Below the pieces are notes generated by a model. It was not told the DNA's origin, made no database searches, and saw only the letters and a program-made list of their open reading frames with translations. DNA of 64,000 nt from Candidatus Poribacteria bacterium (lineage in GTDB: Bacteria > Poribacteria > WGA-4E > PCPOR2b): positions 74,357 through 138,356 of the forward strand of contig CBDBMC010000001.1 of the NCBI GenBank assembly GCA_965207095.1. The letters are read 5' to 3'. The translations under genes were made by a program, and so were the position numbers. Below, in pieces: positions 18,493 through 28,073 of the stretch (position 1 is the first letter of the stretch; every line of letters begins with the position of its first letter).

Positions 18493-19338
18493 CTATTCCT
18501 TCCAACCGACCGCCGTAACAGTGGCGTGTGCCATAAAAGCTCCTGGCTGCTCGCCCCATTTTTGCCAAGCGGCGATTATCCGTTGCAGTTCAGAACGATC
18601 TGTCCAACCCAGCCCAATCATCTGCTGCGCTATATGAGATTCACTAAACATCCGTACCCCGTGTTCCGCACGCATTTGTATAGCGTCTTGCGTAGCCACG
18701 GTTGAATACTTTGCAATCGGCTCAACACGAACAAATCCGGCACTGTGAAGCAAACCGCGCTGATGTTTACCGATGGCGGGATCCCCTCCGTTATGTTCAA
18801 CCAACCGCCAGTAAAGCTCATGACCGCGATCCAGCAACGGATCCGAAGGACTGATGAGTGAGCCGCTAAAGTCGGGATGGCTGATACCAATCACACCGCC
18901 GGGACGCAAAAGTCGGTATATTCCCTTGAGAATCTCAAGGGGCTGCCGAAGGTGACTCAACACATTGTGCAGAAACACTGCATCAAATGAGCTATCAGCA
19001 AAAGGGAGACGATAGACATCGGCGCACCCAAAGTGGAGGCTAATTCCTCCACGTTTAGCCGCCTGCAGCCATGCAGACCTATATTCGCTGGGTTCGATAT
19101 CAACCCCCACGACCCGTCCGGGCGCGACAGCCTCCGCCAACCCAACGGTAATACTACCGGGTCCACAACCGCAGTCCAACAGGCGCATACCGGCGCTCAG
19201 ATGAGGTAGGAGAAACCCCGCTTCTTTCGCTGCGGTGCGTCTCTGAAGCTGCTGGATAGTTTGGGGCGAATACCCTAACGTATATCGTTCTTTCGGCTCC
19301 GTACCGCTCGCGGATTCTTGTGATTTGGCCTTTGCCAT
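18493..19338 (-). CDS. Class I SAM-dependent methyltransferase
   Basis: 281 aa; LDCGCGPGSITVGLAEA motif I, acidic motif II VVGVDIE, FDAVFLHNVL. Confidence 0.8.
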   Translation of the reverse strand: MAKAKSQESASGTEPKERYTLGYSPQTIQQLQRRTAAKEAGFLLPHLSAGMRLLDCGCGPGSITVGLAEAVAPGRVVGVDIEPSEYRSAWLQAAKRGGISLHFGCADVYRLPFADSSFDAVFLHNVLSHLRQPLEILKGIYRLLRPGGVIGISHPDFSGSLISPSDPLLDRGHELYWRLVEHNGGDPAIGKHQRGLLHSAGFVRVEPIAKYSTVATQDAIQMRAEHGVRMFSESHIAQQMIGLGWTDRSELQRIIAAWQKWGEQPGAFMAHATVTAVGWKE

Positions 19339-19351
19339 GTGTCTCTTCCCG

Positions 19352-20092
19352 CTATTGGTCCTTCAAATAGTCGTAGACAATCTGTGCGTATCCCTCGGAG
19401 TAGCTGCTCTCCATGTAGAAGGCATCGCCATATTTCAGCGGCGATAGCGGAGTGAGATCACACAACGGGGAAGCGCCGAGGATAATCCTGCCCTGCCCCT
19501 TCGCGGTGAAATGCACCTCTAGATCTTGGGCCGTTTCGGTGCAATCGATTAACTGTTTGATGGCAGGACCCGGACCATCCGCTCGCGGGATAACCTTCAA
19601 CCGCCACGCAGGGGTTAAGGCGGGCATCGCATTGTGGGAAACAACAGTTTCCATGCTGGAACTGATATTTAGCACCGGCACACCGCCGAGCGTGGTCTCC
19701 GTAACCATGCACCGATCCGCTTGCGTCACCTTTAACCCCGCGTACACCTTCGGTGTTCCGTAAATTTCTCTGCCCGCAGCGATACCAGCAGGGCCGTCAT
19801 GAAAGACATGGGAACAGTAAAATCCGGTCTGATCCCTGAAACGGCACTTCATCACAATAAAAGATTCTTGGAAGGGACCATAGTTTGTGCAGAAGGGCAC
19901 CTCTAAGCCCGAAGCCACGCACAGTCCGTCCTCTGCGGCTTCCAGAGGTTCGGGGAGAAAGGCTTGGACGGCGGTGGGATCGGCCTGAAAAAAAACAAAC
20001 TGAAACCGCACATTCCGATAGACCGCTGGCAGCGACGGATAAAAGGGGTTGTCCGCGGGTATATTCCAGCCGTCATCGTGTTTAAGTCCCAT
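19352..20092 (-). CDS. Acetoacetate decarboxylase (ADC)-family protein
   Basis: 246 aa from MGLKHDD; LPEPLE..., GIAAGREIYGTPKVYAG (Lys-containing active-site segment) and C-terminal AQIVYDYLK closely match Adc; start overlaps upstream hyuB paralog by 11 nt. Confidence 0.8.
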   Translation of the reverse strand: MGLKHDDGWNIPADNPFYPSLPAVYRNVRFQFVFFQADPTAVQAFLPEPLEAAEDGLCVASGLEVPFCTNYGPFQESFIVMKCRFRDQTGFYCSHVFHDGPAGIAAGREIYGTPKVYAGLKVTQADRCMVTETTLGGVPVLNISSSMETVVSHNAMPALTPAWRLKVIPRADGPGPAIKQLIDCTETAQDLEVHFTAKGQGRIILGASPLCDLTPLSPLKYGDAFYMESSYSEGYAQIVYDYLKDQ

Positions 20093-21839
20093 GATCAGAA
20101 TCCTCTCCTGCACCGGCGCGCAGCTTCGCAGTCTCCGCTTCATCCACTGTCCATGACTGAGTATCTACCGCAACTTTATAAATCTCTCGCGCCCGTCCAA
20201 GGCTCACCTTGCCCTCGCGCACGTCGCGGCATACCATAGCCGGATCGCGTTCTTCGGGGCGCCCGTAACCGCCACCGCCGCATGTGCGGTAGCTCATGAT
20301 TTCCCCCGGCTTGAGTTGGACGGTCACTTTGGAACTGAGTTCGACAGGATCTGTGTCGGGATTCAGGATGTAGCTTGCCTTGAGACCCGGTTGCCCACCG
20401 AACAGTCCCCACGGTCCCCACCGATCCCGATCTGCCAAGATAGTGAAGGACGGTTCATGGTCGAGAAATTCGTAATCGCGTCGTAGGCCTAGTCCACCGC
20501 GATGCTTGCCCGCACCATCGGAATCATCGACCAGCTCGTAGCGCGTGATCCGCACCGGGTAGTTCGTTTCAGTCTCCTCAATAGGCGCATTCTCGGTGTT
20601 CTGTCCGTGTGTCTGCACGGCGTCGGGACCGTCGCTGGCGATCCGCCCGCCAAATCCACCCGCCATCGTCTCCAAGAAGCAGTAATACTCCCCTGTACGC
20701 GGGTCTGCTCCACCAAAACCGGCGTGGCACATCATGGCTTTCGTACCCGCTGGCACCCGCTCTGGCATCACCGGCGATAGCGCCTTGAACATCACGTCGA
20801 TCAGCCGGGTCTGTGTCTCCCATCCGCCCACGACTGGCGCAGGCGGCAGGCTATTGACCACCAATCCTTCAGGAGCGAGCATCCGCACAAATCCGTAAAA
20901 TCCTGCGTTTGTCGGTATGTCGGGATCGATTAAACACTTGAGGACGTACGCACAGCCGGAGAAGGTCTGGGCATACGTGGAGTTCACCGGTGCTCGCCGT
21001 TGCGGGTCACAGCCGGTGAGATCAAAGAACATACCGTCCTCGTCAACCACCATCTTCGCGACAAGGTGTACCGGTTCATCGGTAAAGCCGTCGGTATCAA
21101 CATAACCGTCGGCGGTGAAGACACCGTGCGGCAGCTTAGCGACCTCTGCCCGGGTCCGCCGCTCTGCATAAGCGATTAGTTCGTCGATGTAGAAAGTAAA
21201 GGTTTCTGCCCCCATCCTATCCATAATCGCGCTTAACCGGCGCATCCCGGTGGTATTCGCCGCCACCTGTGCCCGAAAGTCGCCGCCCGTTTCGCGCTTC
21301 GATCGAATCTGCGATAGCACCAACCGAAAGATGTCGGCCCGCATCTCTCCCCCATGCACCAACTTCACAGGCGGGATGATGACCCCTTCTTGGTAGACCT
21401 CCCGGAACGCGCCGACACTCGCCGGTGCACCGCCACCTACATCGACATGATGGGCGACATTAGCGACATAGCCGAACGGTTCGTCGTTGTAGTAGACAGG
21501 CGTAATCAGGGTGATGTCGTTCAGATGCCCGCCGCCTCCATACGGGTCGTTGACCAAAAGTGTATCGCCCGGTCCGATGTTTTCAGCCCCGTAGTCGCTG
21601 ATAGCCTTCGGGACCAATTCAACCAACGATCCTAAGTGGGTGGGTTGACCGAAGGATTGCACCACCAACCGCAGCTGGCGATCGAAAAATGCACAGGAAA
21701 AGTCCGCACGGGTCTTGATGTTGGTCGAATACGCGCTACGGCGCAGGGCGATAGTCATTTCCTCGGTTGCTTCTAACAACGCATTGCGGATAACTTCAAA
21801 TGTGATTGGATCAACTCGGTCCGGGTTTTGCACTGACAT
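20082..21839 (-). CDS. Hydantoinase B / oxoprolinase-family protein (HyuB-like), paralog 2
   Basis: 585 aa; about 70% identical to paralog 1 by eye. Confidence 0.85.
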   Translation of the reverse strand: MSVQNPDRVDPITFEVIRNALLEATEEMTIALRRSAYSTNIKTRADFSCAFFDRQLRLVVQSFGQPTHLGSLVELVPKAISDYGAENIGPGDTLLVNDPYGGGGHLNDITLITPVYYNDEPFGYVANVAHHVDVGGGAPASVGAFREVYQEGVIIPPVKLVHGGEMRADIFRLVLSQIRSKRETGGDFRAQVAANTTGMRRLSAIMDRMGAETFTFYIDELIAYAERRTRAEVAKLPHGVFTADGYVDTDGFTDEPVHLVAKMVVDEDGMFFDLTGCDPQRRAPVNSTYAQTFSGCAYVLKCLIDPDIPTNAGFYGFVRMLAPEGLVVNSLPPAPVVGGWETQTRLIDVMFKALSPVMPERVPAGTKAMMCHAGFGGADPRTGEYYCFLETMAGGFGGRIASDGPDAVQTHGQNTENAPIEETETNYPVRITRYELVDDSDGAGKHRGGLGLRRDYEFLDHEPSFTILADRDRWGPWGLFGGQPGLKASYILNPDTDPVELSSKVTVQLKPGEIMSYRTCGGGGYGRPEERDPAMVCRDVREGKVSLGRAREIYKVAVDTQSWTVDEAETAKLRAGAGEDSDHGT

Positions 21840-21900
21840 TTCCTCCTACAATCTCGACAAGAACAATTAAGGCGCCCTTTTAACCTAATACAAGTTGCTA

Positions 21901-22065
21901 GTACACTGTCATTTTAGTTTTGGAATTATGACAACACACATTGCGCTCCGCTGGAGCGCAGGGATTGACCGCAGCGACGTTCTATAGACATATCGCTCCA
22001 CTGGAGCGAAAGTTATCGTTTGCTTTCAATCTATATACACAAGCATAATTTACCTGACAGTGTAC
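21901..22065. mobile_element. MITE (GTACACTGTCA... TIR family) carrying a second REP variant doublet GCGCTCCGCTGGAGCGC at 21943-22008
   Basis: TIRs as at 17060/17290; interior replaced by a REP2-type doublet with CTATAGACATATC spacer end; preceded by an IS982-TIR-like CAAGTTGCTAG. Confidence 0.7.
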
Positions 22066-22321
22066 TAGTTGACAAACCTGTAAGTCAAAATTCATGTCTC
22101 GACAACTGCTTATGCCATGATCACAGGTTAGGCAACCTGTGTCTACAAAAGACGGTGATCCTAAAGCAGTAACCTTTGGTGCTAGCTTAGTGAGATTTTT
22201 TTTACATTGTTCAAGTCGCTTTGGATCCCCCCGATAAACCGGGGTAAACTAATTATCGGGGAGTTCATGGGTTCATTAGTCGGTTGGTTGATTTATTCTT
22301 ATGTTCCCCCTTCGGATACAC

Positions 22322-22391
22322 ATGTCGCCCCGCTGGGGCTTGGCTGTATGTGTGATATCCATATTCTATAAACATGTCGCCCCGCTGGGGC
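22322..22391. repeat. REP doublet
   Basis: GTCGCCCCGCTGGGGC at 22322-22340 and 22373-22391. Confidence 0.85.
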
Positions 22392-22554
22392 TAAATGAAC
22401 CGCTGAACCAATAACTTTTACGTTTCACGCATCATGTGTCACGTTATCGACAGCTGCAAACTAGCACCATTGGTTGGTAGGCATATTCCGTATGCCGTAA
22501 CCCGTGTACAAATTACGTCACGACGCAACGCACCCATTAAATTGCACCAATGGG

Positions 22555-23682
22555 TTATGCAAAGCGGGTGGCAGAGAGCGGTCCGGGATCTCGCCCATCC
22601 AACGCGAGCGCCACCATACGCTCGGCAGCGACAAGCCCAATTGAATTGCCGTATCCACTAAATCCGACAGCAAACACGACAGCTGCCTCGTCCGGGAAAG
22701 CCCCAACAGCCACACGGCGATCCGGCGTAAATCCGTGAATGCCGGCCCACTGGCGTTCCACCTGAAACTCAACGCCCGGAAACCATAGCCTCAGATAGTT
22801 CACGAGGTTGACATGTAAGTCCGGCGTTACAGCGTCTTCGGCGGTGTACTCCTGTGCTTCAAAGAAGGCACGCGCTCCTCCGATGAACAGGCGTCCATCC
22901 GGGAATTGTCGAAAGTAATGGTTCTCGGTGATACCCGCAACGTTGATCAAAGGTTCAACCGGTGTCGTTACCGTTATCTGGCCCCGCACGGGCCGCACGA
23001 TCCCGCGCAGATATGGGTGTAGATCACAGCCATAGCCGTTGGTAGCAACATAGACCTTACGACACTGAATATGTGCTCGGCGTCCGCGAACAAGGAGGCA
23101 TTCACCCACCGGCTCAATGGCGTAGACCTCGTTGTGGTCGTAGAGGGTGGCGTCAGCGGATGCGGCAATGGCTTCCGTCAATCGTGCAGGCTGCACCATG
23201 AAGTCGTTTTCGACCTGCATGGTCGCAATGTAACCGGATGACCCGTAGGGATCAGTGTACGAAAAGTCTACCGCAGCACCGTCGGCTTCCAGTTCGCGAG
23301 CCCAGTGCTCCAACTCACGGGCTTCGGCATGGGTCTCCGCGAGATGGGCAGCACCCTCCTCAAGCGGGACGGCAAAATGGTTCGCCAACGAGCGCATTTG
23401 GAGCACGTTTTCGCGCACCATGGTCAGGATCTCGCGGGCGGCTTCCCGTCCCACCTGCTCGATAAGTACTGGATACGGCTCGCGTTGTCCCGTTAAGACA
23501 AATCCAGCATTTCGACCTGACGCCCCAGCAGCCGGGAAACGCGCATCTACGAGCGCGACGTCGCGTCCCCGTTCACGCAGCAGGGTCGCAGTATAAGCGC
23601 CCACGATCCCGGCACCGATAACGACATCATCATGTTCGGCCTGAATGGGTTCAGCTGCTTCCTGCCACACGGATACGGTCAT
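22555..23682 (-). CDS. FAD-dependent oxidoreductase (DAO/glycine-D-amino-acid oxidase family)
   Basis: 375 aa; DDVVIGAGIVGAYTATLL...GRNAGFV N-terminal FAD-binding fold. Confidence 0.8.
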   Translation of the reverse strand: MTVSVWQEAAEPIQAEHDDVVIGAGIVGAYTATLLRERGRDVALVDARFPAAGASGRNAGFVLTGQREPYPVLIEQVGREAAREILTMVRENVLQMRSLANHFAVPLEEGAAHLAETHAEARELEHWARELEADGAAVDFSYTDPYGSSGYIATMQVENDFMVQPARLTEAIAASADATLYDHNEVYAIEPVGECLLVRGRRAHIQCRKVYVATNGYGCDLHPYLRGIVRPVRGQITVTTPVEPLINVAGITENHYFRQFPDGRLFIGGARAFFEAQEYTAEDAVTPDLHVNLVNYLRLWFPGVEFQVERQWAGIHGFTPDRRVAVGAFPDEAAVVFAVGFSGYGNSIGLVAAERMVALALDGRDPGPLSATRFA

Positions 23683-23985
23683 GACTTAATCTCCTAAATG
23701 CAAGGGTCGAGATGGGAACCTACAAATGAATGGAAGTGCTCCAACAGTTATCAAGATTGTAGCACGGTTACCTCAGAAATTAAACCAAAAAGTTCAGGTG
23801 AAAATCAGACGAAAAATAAACACAAAACAGAACGAGATTATGTTATAATTTTCTGTCACGATTATTTAAACTAAGTTGCTATGCACTAAAAATTTATCGG
23901 TTTGTAGGGGTCGGGTGTCCCCGCCCGTCAACCGCTTTACCTTCACCCCAGCAGTAAAAATTACGCTTCCACGAATCTTCTCAAT

Positions 23986-25020
23986 ATGTCAACAGATACC
24001 ACACACAGCGTCGGCATTGTTGCAAACCCAGCATCGGGCAGGGACATTCGTAGACTCGTTGCCCACGGTGCAGTGTTCAACAACGACGAAAAGGTCAACA
24101 TCGTTCGCCGTGTACTGCTGGGACTTGAAGCGGTGGGGGTCGGACGCGTATTTTTCATGCCCGACTCGTTCAGCATTGGTCCCAAGGCACTTGATGGGTT
24201 ACAGACAGACCTCGATGTTACGATCCTTCCTATGCTCAAAACATTCAGCCAAGGCGACTCGACGGAGGCGGCTGCGCTCATGGCAACGGAGGGAGTGGGC
24301 TGCATCGTCACGTTGGGCGGGGACGGTACCAACCGCGCGGTAGCCAAGGGGAGTGGCGAAGTGCCTCTTATGCCGATCTCCACCGGTACAAACAACGTTT
24401 TTCCCACAATGTTAGAGGGGACAATCGCTGGGATAGCAGCCGGCTTAGTAACGTGCGGGTTAGCAGATGAAGCGGTACAACAGGCACCCCGCCTCGACAT
24501 TTTTTGCAAAAAAGCGAACGAGAGCGATCGGGAGAAAGATCTCAACAACACCGAAATACCAGACGACATTGCGTTGGTAGATGCGGCTGTGTATGATGAG
24601 CGATTTGTTGCTTCTCGTGCCATCTGGGATGCAGAAAAAATCAAGGAAGTCATTTTGACCCGTATTGAACCGGGTAGCATTGGTCTGTCGTCAATTGGTG
24701 CCCATGCGCCGATTCAGGTCGCCTCCGCGAAATATGGTCTGTACCTTCGGCTGGGGTCGGGTGGGCAGCCGGTGCTTGCTCCTATCGCCCCTGGCCTCCT
24801 CAGCGAGGTGAACTTGGTGGAGTCTCATCCTTTGGCGCCGGGTGAAACGGTCACCCTCAAACATCAACAGCCGTGTGTGCTTGCCCTTGATGGCGAACGT
24901 GAAATTGAACTGCGTCAAGGTACAACCGTCCAATTAAAACTGAACCCCAACGGTCCACGGGTGGTAGACGCACGCAAGGCTATTGACATTGCCGCACGAA
25001 ACGGTGTGTTTAGTCGATAA
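23986..25020 (+). CDS. ATP-NAD kinase / DAGK-fold family protein (COG3199-like)
   Basis: 344 aa; GIVANPASGR and TLGGDGT signatures. Confidence 0.6.
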   Translation: MSTDTTHSVGIVANPASGRDIRRLVAHGAVFNNDEKVNIVRRVLLGLEAVGVGRVFFMPDSFSIGPKALDGLQTDLDVTILPMLKTFSQGDSTEAAALMATEGVGCIVTLGGDGTNRAVAKGSGEVPLMPISTGTNNVFPTMLEGTIAGIAAGLVTCGLADEAVQQAPRLDIFCKKANESDREKDLNNTEIPDDIALVDAAVYDERFVASRAIWDAEKIKEVILTRIEPGSIGLSSIGAHAPIQVASAKYGLYLRLGSGGQPVLAPIAPGLLSEVNLVESHPLAPGETVTLKHQQPCVLALDGEREIELRQGTTVQLKLNPNGPRVVDARKAIDIAARNGVFSR

Positions 25021-25032
25021 GAGCACCCCACA

Positions 25033-25069
25033 GAAACCGAGTTTTTCGGCAAAACTCGGTTTCTTTGCA
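25033..25069 (+). terminator. Rho-independent terminator hairpin GAAACCGAGTTTT-TCGGC-AAAACTCGGTTTC + TTTGCAT
   Basis: 13-bp perfect stem 13 nt after the stop of 23986-25020. Confidence 0.55.
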
Positions 25070-25114
25070 TGACTGCTTAATTACGAACCCTCTCATGATA
25101 GAGGAAACGAACCT

Positions 25115-26041
25115 ATGCGCTACCGAACATTAGGGCGGACTGGACTTGAAGTATCCGAAATCGGATTGGGCGGGGCAGTCTACGCGGGTACCAGTCATGG
25201 TCCCTTCGACGAGGCGGACGCGGTCACTGCTGTTCGCACATCACTTGAAGCCGGCGTCAACTATATCGACACCTCACGCCACTACGGACCGAGCGAAGCG
25301 ATTATCGGGCGGGCCCTGACGGGCTACACAGGCGATTGTATTATCTGCACAAAACTTTCGCCTCGCCAAGCAGCAACAGCAGCAGAAACGATTGCAGGCG
25401 TCGAAGAAAGTTTGGCAGCGTTGGGCCGTCCCTATGTCGATGTGCTGCTCGCCCATGATATCCAACAGGTTGGGGAAGGTGCGAATGCGGTGGAGACGAT
25501 CCTCCGGCGCGGCGGAATGGTGGACGGATTCCGCCAATTACAGCGGGAGGAACGGGTACGGTTCATTGGGGTGAGCGGACGGCTTGCCGAGGTAACGGCA
25601 GCGGCGCAGACGGAAGAGTTCGATGTCGCTCTTAGTTTTAACCGCTTCAACCTATTGGATTGGAGCGCAGAGGATACACTCCTACCACAAGCGGAGCGTC
25701 ACAACGTCGGTGTAGTAATGGGTGGTGTGTTTTATCAAGGCTTCTTGTCGCTCCCATTGGAACTGGTACTACAACGGGTGGAAAAGGGACTACTATGGGC
25801 GTGGGACTGGACGGAGACACAGCGGGATTCCGTACTAAACCGGCTTGAGAGGTTGCAGAAGTTTGTAGATAATGATCTTGTAGCGTTGCGGCGACTGGCG
25901 ATTCAGTTCGTTTTATCGGAACCACAAGTCAGCGTCATCATTATAGGTATGAAGAACTCAATTGAAGCAACGGAGAATCTATCGGCAGCTGGAGGGGGCA
26001 GTTTAGACGCGGAAACCGTATCACGGCTGAAAGCACTGTGA
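25115..26041 (+). CDS. Aldo/keto reductase family oxidoreductase
   Basis: 308 aa; LGGAVYAG..., VNYIDTSRHYGPSEAIIGRAL. Confidence 0.85.
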   Translation: MRYRTLGRTGLEVSEIGLGGAVYAGTSHGPFDEADAVTAVRTSLEAGVNYIDTSRHYGPSEAIIGRALTGYTGDCIICTKLSPRQAATAAETIAGVEESLAALGRPYVDVLLAHDIQQVGEGANAVETILRRGGMVDGFRQLQREERVRFIGVSGRLAEVTAAAQTEEFDVALSFNRFNLLDWSAEDTLLPQAERHNVGVVMGGVFYQGFLSLPLELVLQRVEKGLLWAWDWTETQRDSVLNRLERLQKFVDNDLVALRRLAIQFVLSEPQVSVIIIGMKNSIEATENLSAAGGGSLDAETVSRLKAL

Positions 26042-26208
26042 GTCGCGTTTAGAAAATGGCAGACACGCTCCCTGCACTCACAGCACGGCAACTCTTATCC
26101 CACTGGGCAACAGATTTTTCTATCAACGAAATTCACCGAGTAAAGTTGGACTTACAGCGGGTGATGAGTTACGTTATAATTTACCCTAACCATTAAAGAA
26201 GAAAATTT

Positions 26209-28038
26209 ATGAAAAAACAGGTTTTGCGTTTTAGTTTGTTCCTTATGATGTGCCTTTCAGTCCCATTAACAGGAGCAGCACAAATAGATATCTCAGTCGT
26301 TCCCAGCTCAAATACGCCTGCGGTAGGTGATGAAGTTGAACTTTCCATTAACGCTGGAGGGTCTAATGTCGCTGGCTATGATTTCAGACTCACCTTTAGC
26401 CCAACCGGACTGGAATTTATAGATATTGCAGATGCGAACTACCTTGGTGACGATGAACACAAACTCCCCTCTAGCCCGACTGAACTGGAGTCTGTAAGTG
26501 ATCCAGACTCCCCCGTGTCAGATGTATATACGATATTTCCTGTAGTTGGGGACGGTTCAGTGAGATTTGCTGCGTTCGCTCTGACGGGTACGGGAGAGGG
26601 TGATGGGACTCTCGCCGTAGCGCGTTTTAAGGTATTAGCCGAAACAGAAACGACGGTCGGACTTGAGCGTGTTGTGATTGGGAGTCGGTCGGTACAGGAA
26701 ATTGCAATCGGTTCGATTGCTGGGGCGACCATTACCCCAACCGCTGCCACGACAGGTAACGTAGAATTCCGCCTGCCGATACCAGCGGGCATCGGTCTGA
26801 TTCATGTCCCCCTGAAGGTGAACGCGGTTAACGGAGTCGCGCGGACGATCACTTCTATCTCCGATCTCTACGACATACTCGGTGGACAAAGCAATGTCAT
26901 CTACCTGTTCACCCGTGACTCCCAAACTCAGCAATGGATTGGTTATCTCAAACCCTCGGACAGAGGCACCGCTGTCGACAGACAGTTGACGGATGATATG
27001 GGGATTATCACCAATTTGATAACCCCGACACCGCTTCGTCTGCGCGGTAGCAGCCTGGGGACAAATGGAAACAGCATCATCACCTTAAACCCCGGTATCA
27101 ACCTTGTGGGAGTGCCGTTGAGAGATTCAAGAATAACAGATGTGAGTGATCTGTTTGCCCTTGAAGGGATTGAAGACAACGTCCTTGTGATTACGGCCCA
27201 AGATAACAACGGGAATGTCAAACCAATTAACCCCACAAGCGCTGCAGATATAGAAATCACCGGGGGACAATCCTTTATCATGGCCGCCTTGCGAAAGGAC
27301 ACAGTTGTTATCGCCGGTGATGCATGGGCTAATCTCCCAGAAGCGGGCGGCGCGCCACCGATAATCAGGAGAGGCATCAAAGTGGATGATGTGACACCTA
27401 TTTTGGCGTTGAGAGGTTCGATTGCTGACCAAGGAAGGAAATTGACCAAGACAAGCTTCCGCGTCATTGTAAAGAATCGCTCAACCGGCAGAAGGGTCAC
27501 CGCTGTAACAGGAGGTGAGTACAACTCTCATTCGGATCCGTGGGGATTAGATGGGGTAGGCTATCAACTCGCCGATGTGGATTTACAGACAGGCCGAGCG
27601 GCTATGATTGGAGATATTCTTGAAGTCTCTGCTCAATCCTCAAATCCGTTAATTGGTGTGGAGCCGTTGCAATACACAGTAACCGCTGAAGATGTAAGGC
27701 AGGGCTGGATTCAGTTGTCAGCGTTACGCGCCTATGAAATACCGGCGGAAACAGCACTGCTACACAACTATCCCAACCCGTTTAATCCGGAAACGTGGAT
27801 TCCGTATCAACTCGCTCATGCTGCTGATGTGACGCTTACCATTTATGACACCAAAGGCATGATGGTCCGCCAATTAGATTTAGGGTATCAGCAGGCAGGA
27901 TATTACACAGATAGGACGCGAGCGGCATATTGGGATGGACGCAACCACTTAGGCGAGGCGGTGGGGAGCGGTATCTATTTCTATCAGCTACGTGCAGGAG
28001 ATTATTCCACCACGCGAAAGATGGTGATTTTAAAATAA
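26209..28038 (+). CDS. Secreted T9SS cargo protein: signal peptide, cohesin/Big-like N-domain, module shared with 277-6003, T9SS C-terminal sorting domain
   Basis: 609 aa; MKKQVLRFSLFLMMCLSVPLTGAAQ signal; about 300-aa module about 75% identical to residues about 1500-1830 of the giant protein; NYPNPFNPETWIPY..KMVILK tail. Confidence 0.8.
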   Translation: MKKQVLRFSLFLMMCLSVPLTGAAQIDISVVPSSNTPAVGDEVELSINAGGSNVAGYDFRLTFSPTGLEFIDIADANYLGDDEHKLPSSPTELESVSDPDSPVSDVYTIFPVVGDGSVRFAAFALTGTGEGDGTLAVARFKVLAETETTVGLERVVIGSRSVQEIAIGSIAGATITPTAATTGNVEFRLPIPAGIGLIHVPLKVNAVNGVARTITSISDLYDILGGQSNVIYLFTRDSQTQQWIGYLKPSDRGTAVDRQLTDDMGIITNLITPTPLRLRGSSLGTNGNSIITLNPGINLVGVPLRDSRITDVSDLFALEGIEDNVLVITAQDNNGNVKPINPTSAADIEITGGQSFIMAALRKDTVVIAGDAWANLPEAGGAPPIIRRGIKVDDVTPILALRGSIADQGRKLTKTSFRVIVKNRSTGRRVTAVTGGEYNSHSDPWGLDGVGYQLADVDLQTGRAAMIGDILEVSAQSSNPLIGVEPLQYTVTAEDVRQGWIQLSALRAYEIPAETALLHNYPNPFNPETWIPYQLAHAADVTLTIYDTKGMMVRQLDLGYQQAGYYTDRTRAAYWDGRNHLGEAVGSGIYFYQLRAGDYSTTRKMVILK

Positions 28039-28073
28039 CTTACTTTTGACCTAACCTTAGGGAGGCAAAATTC

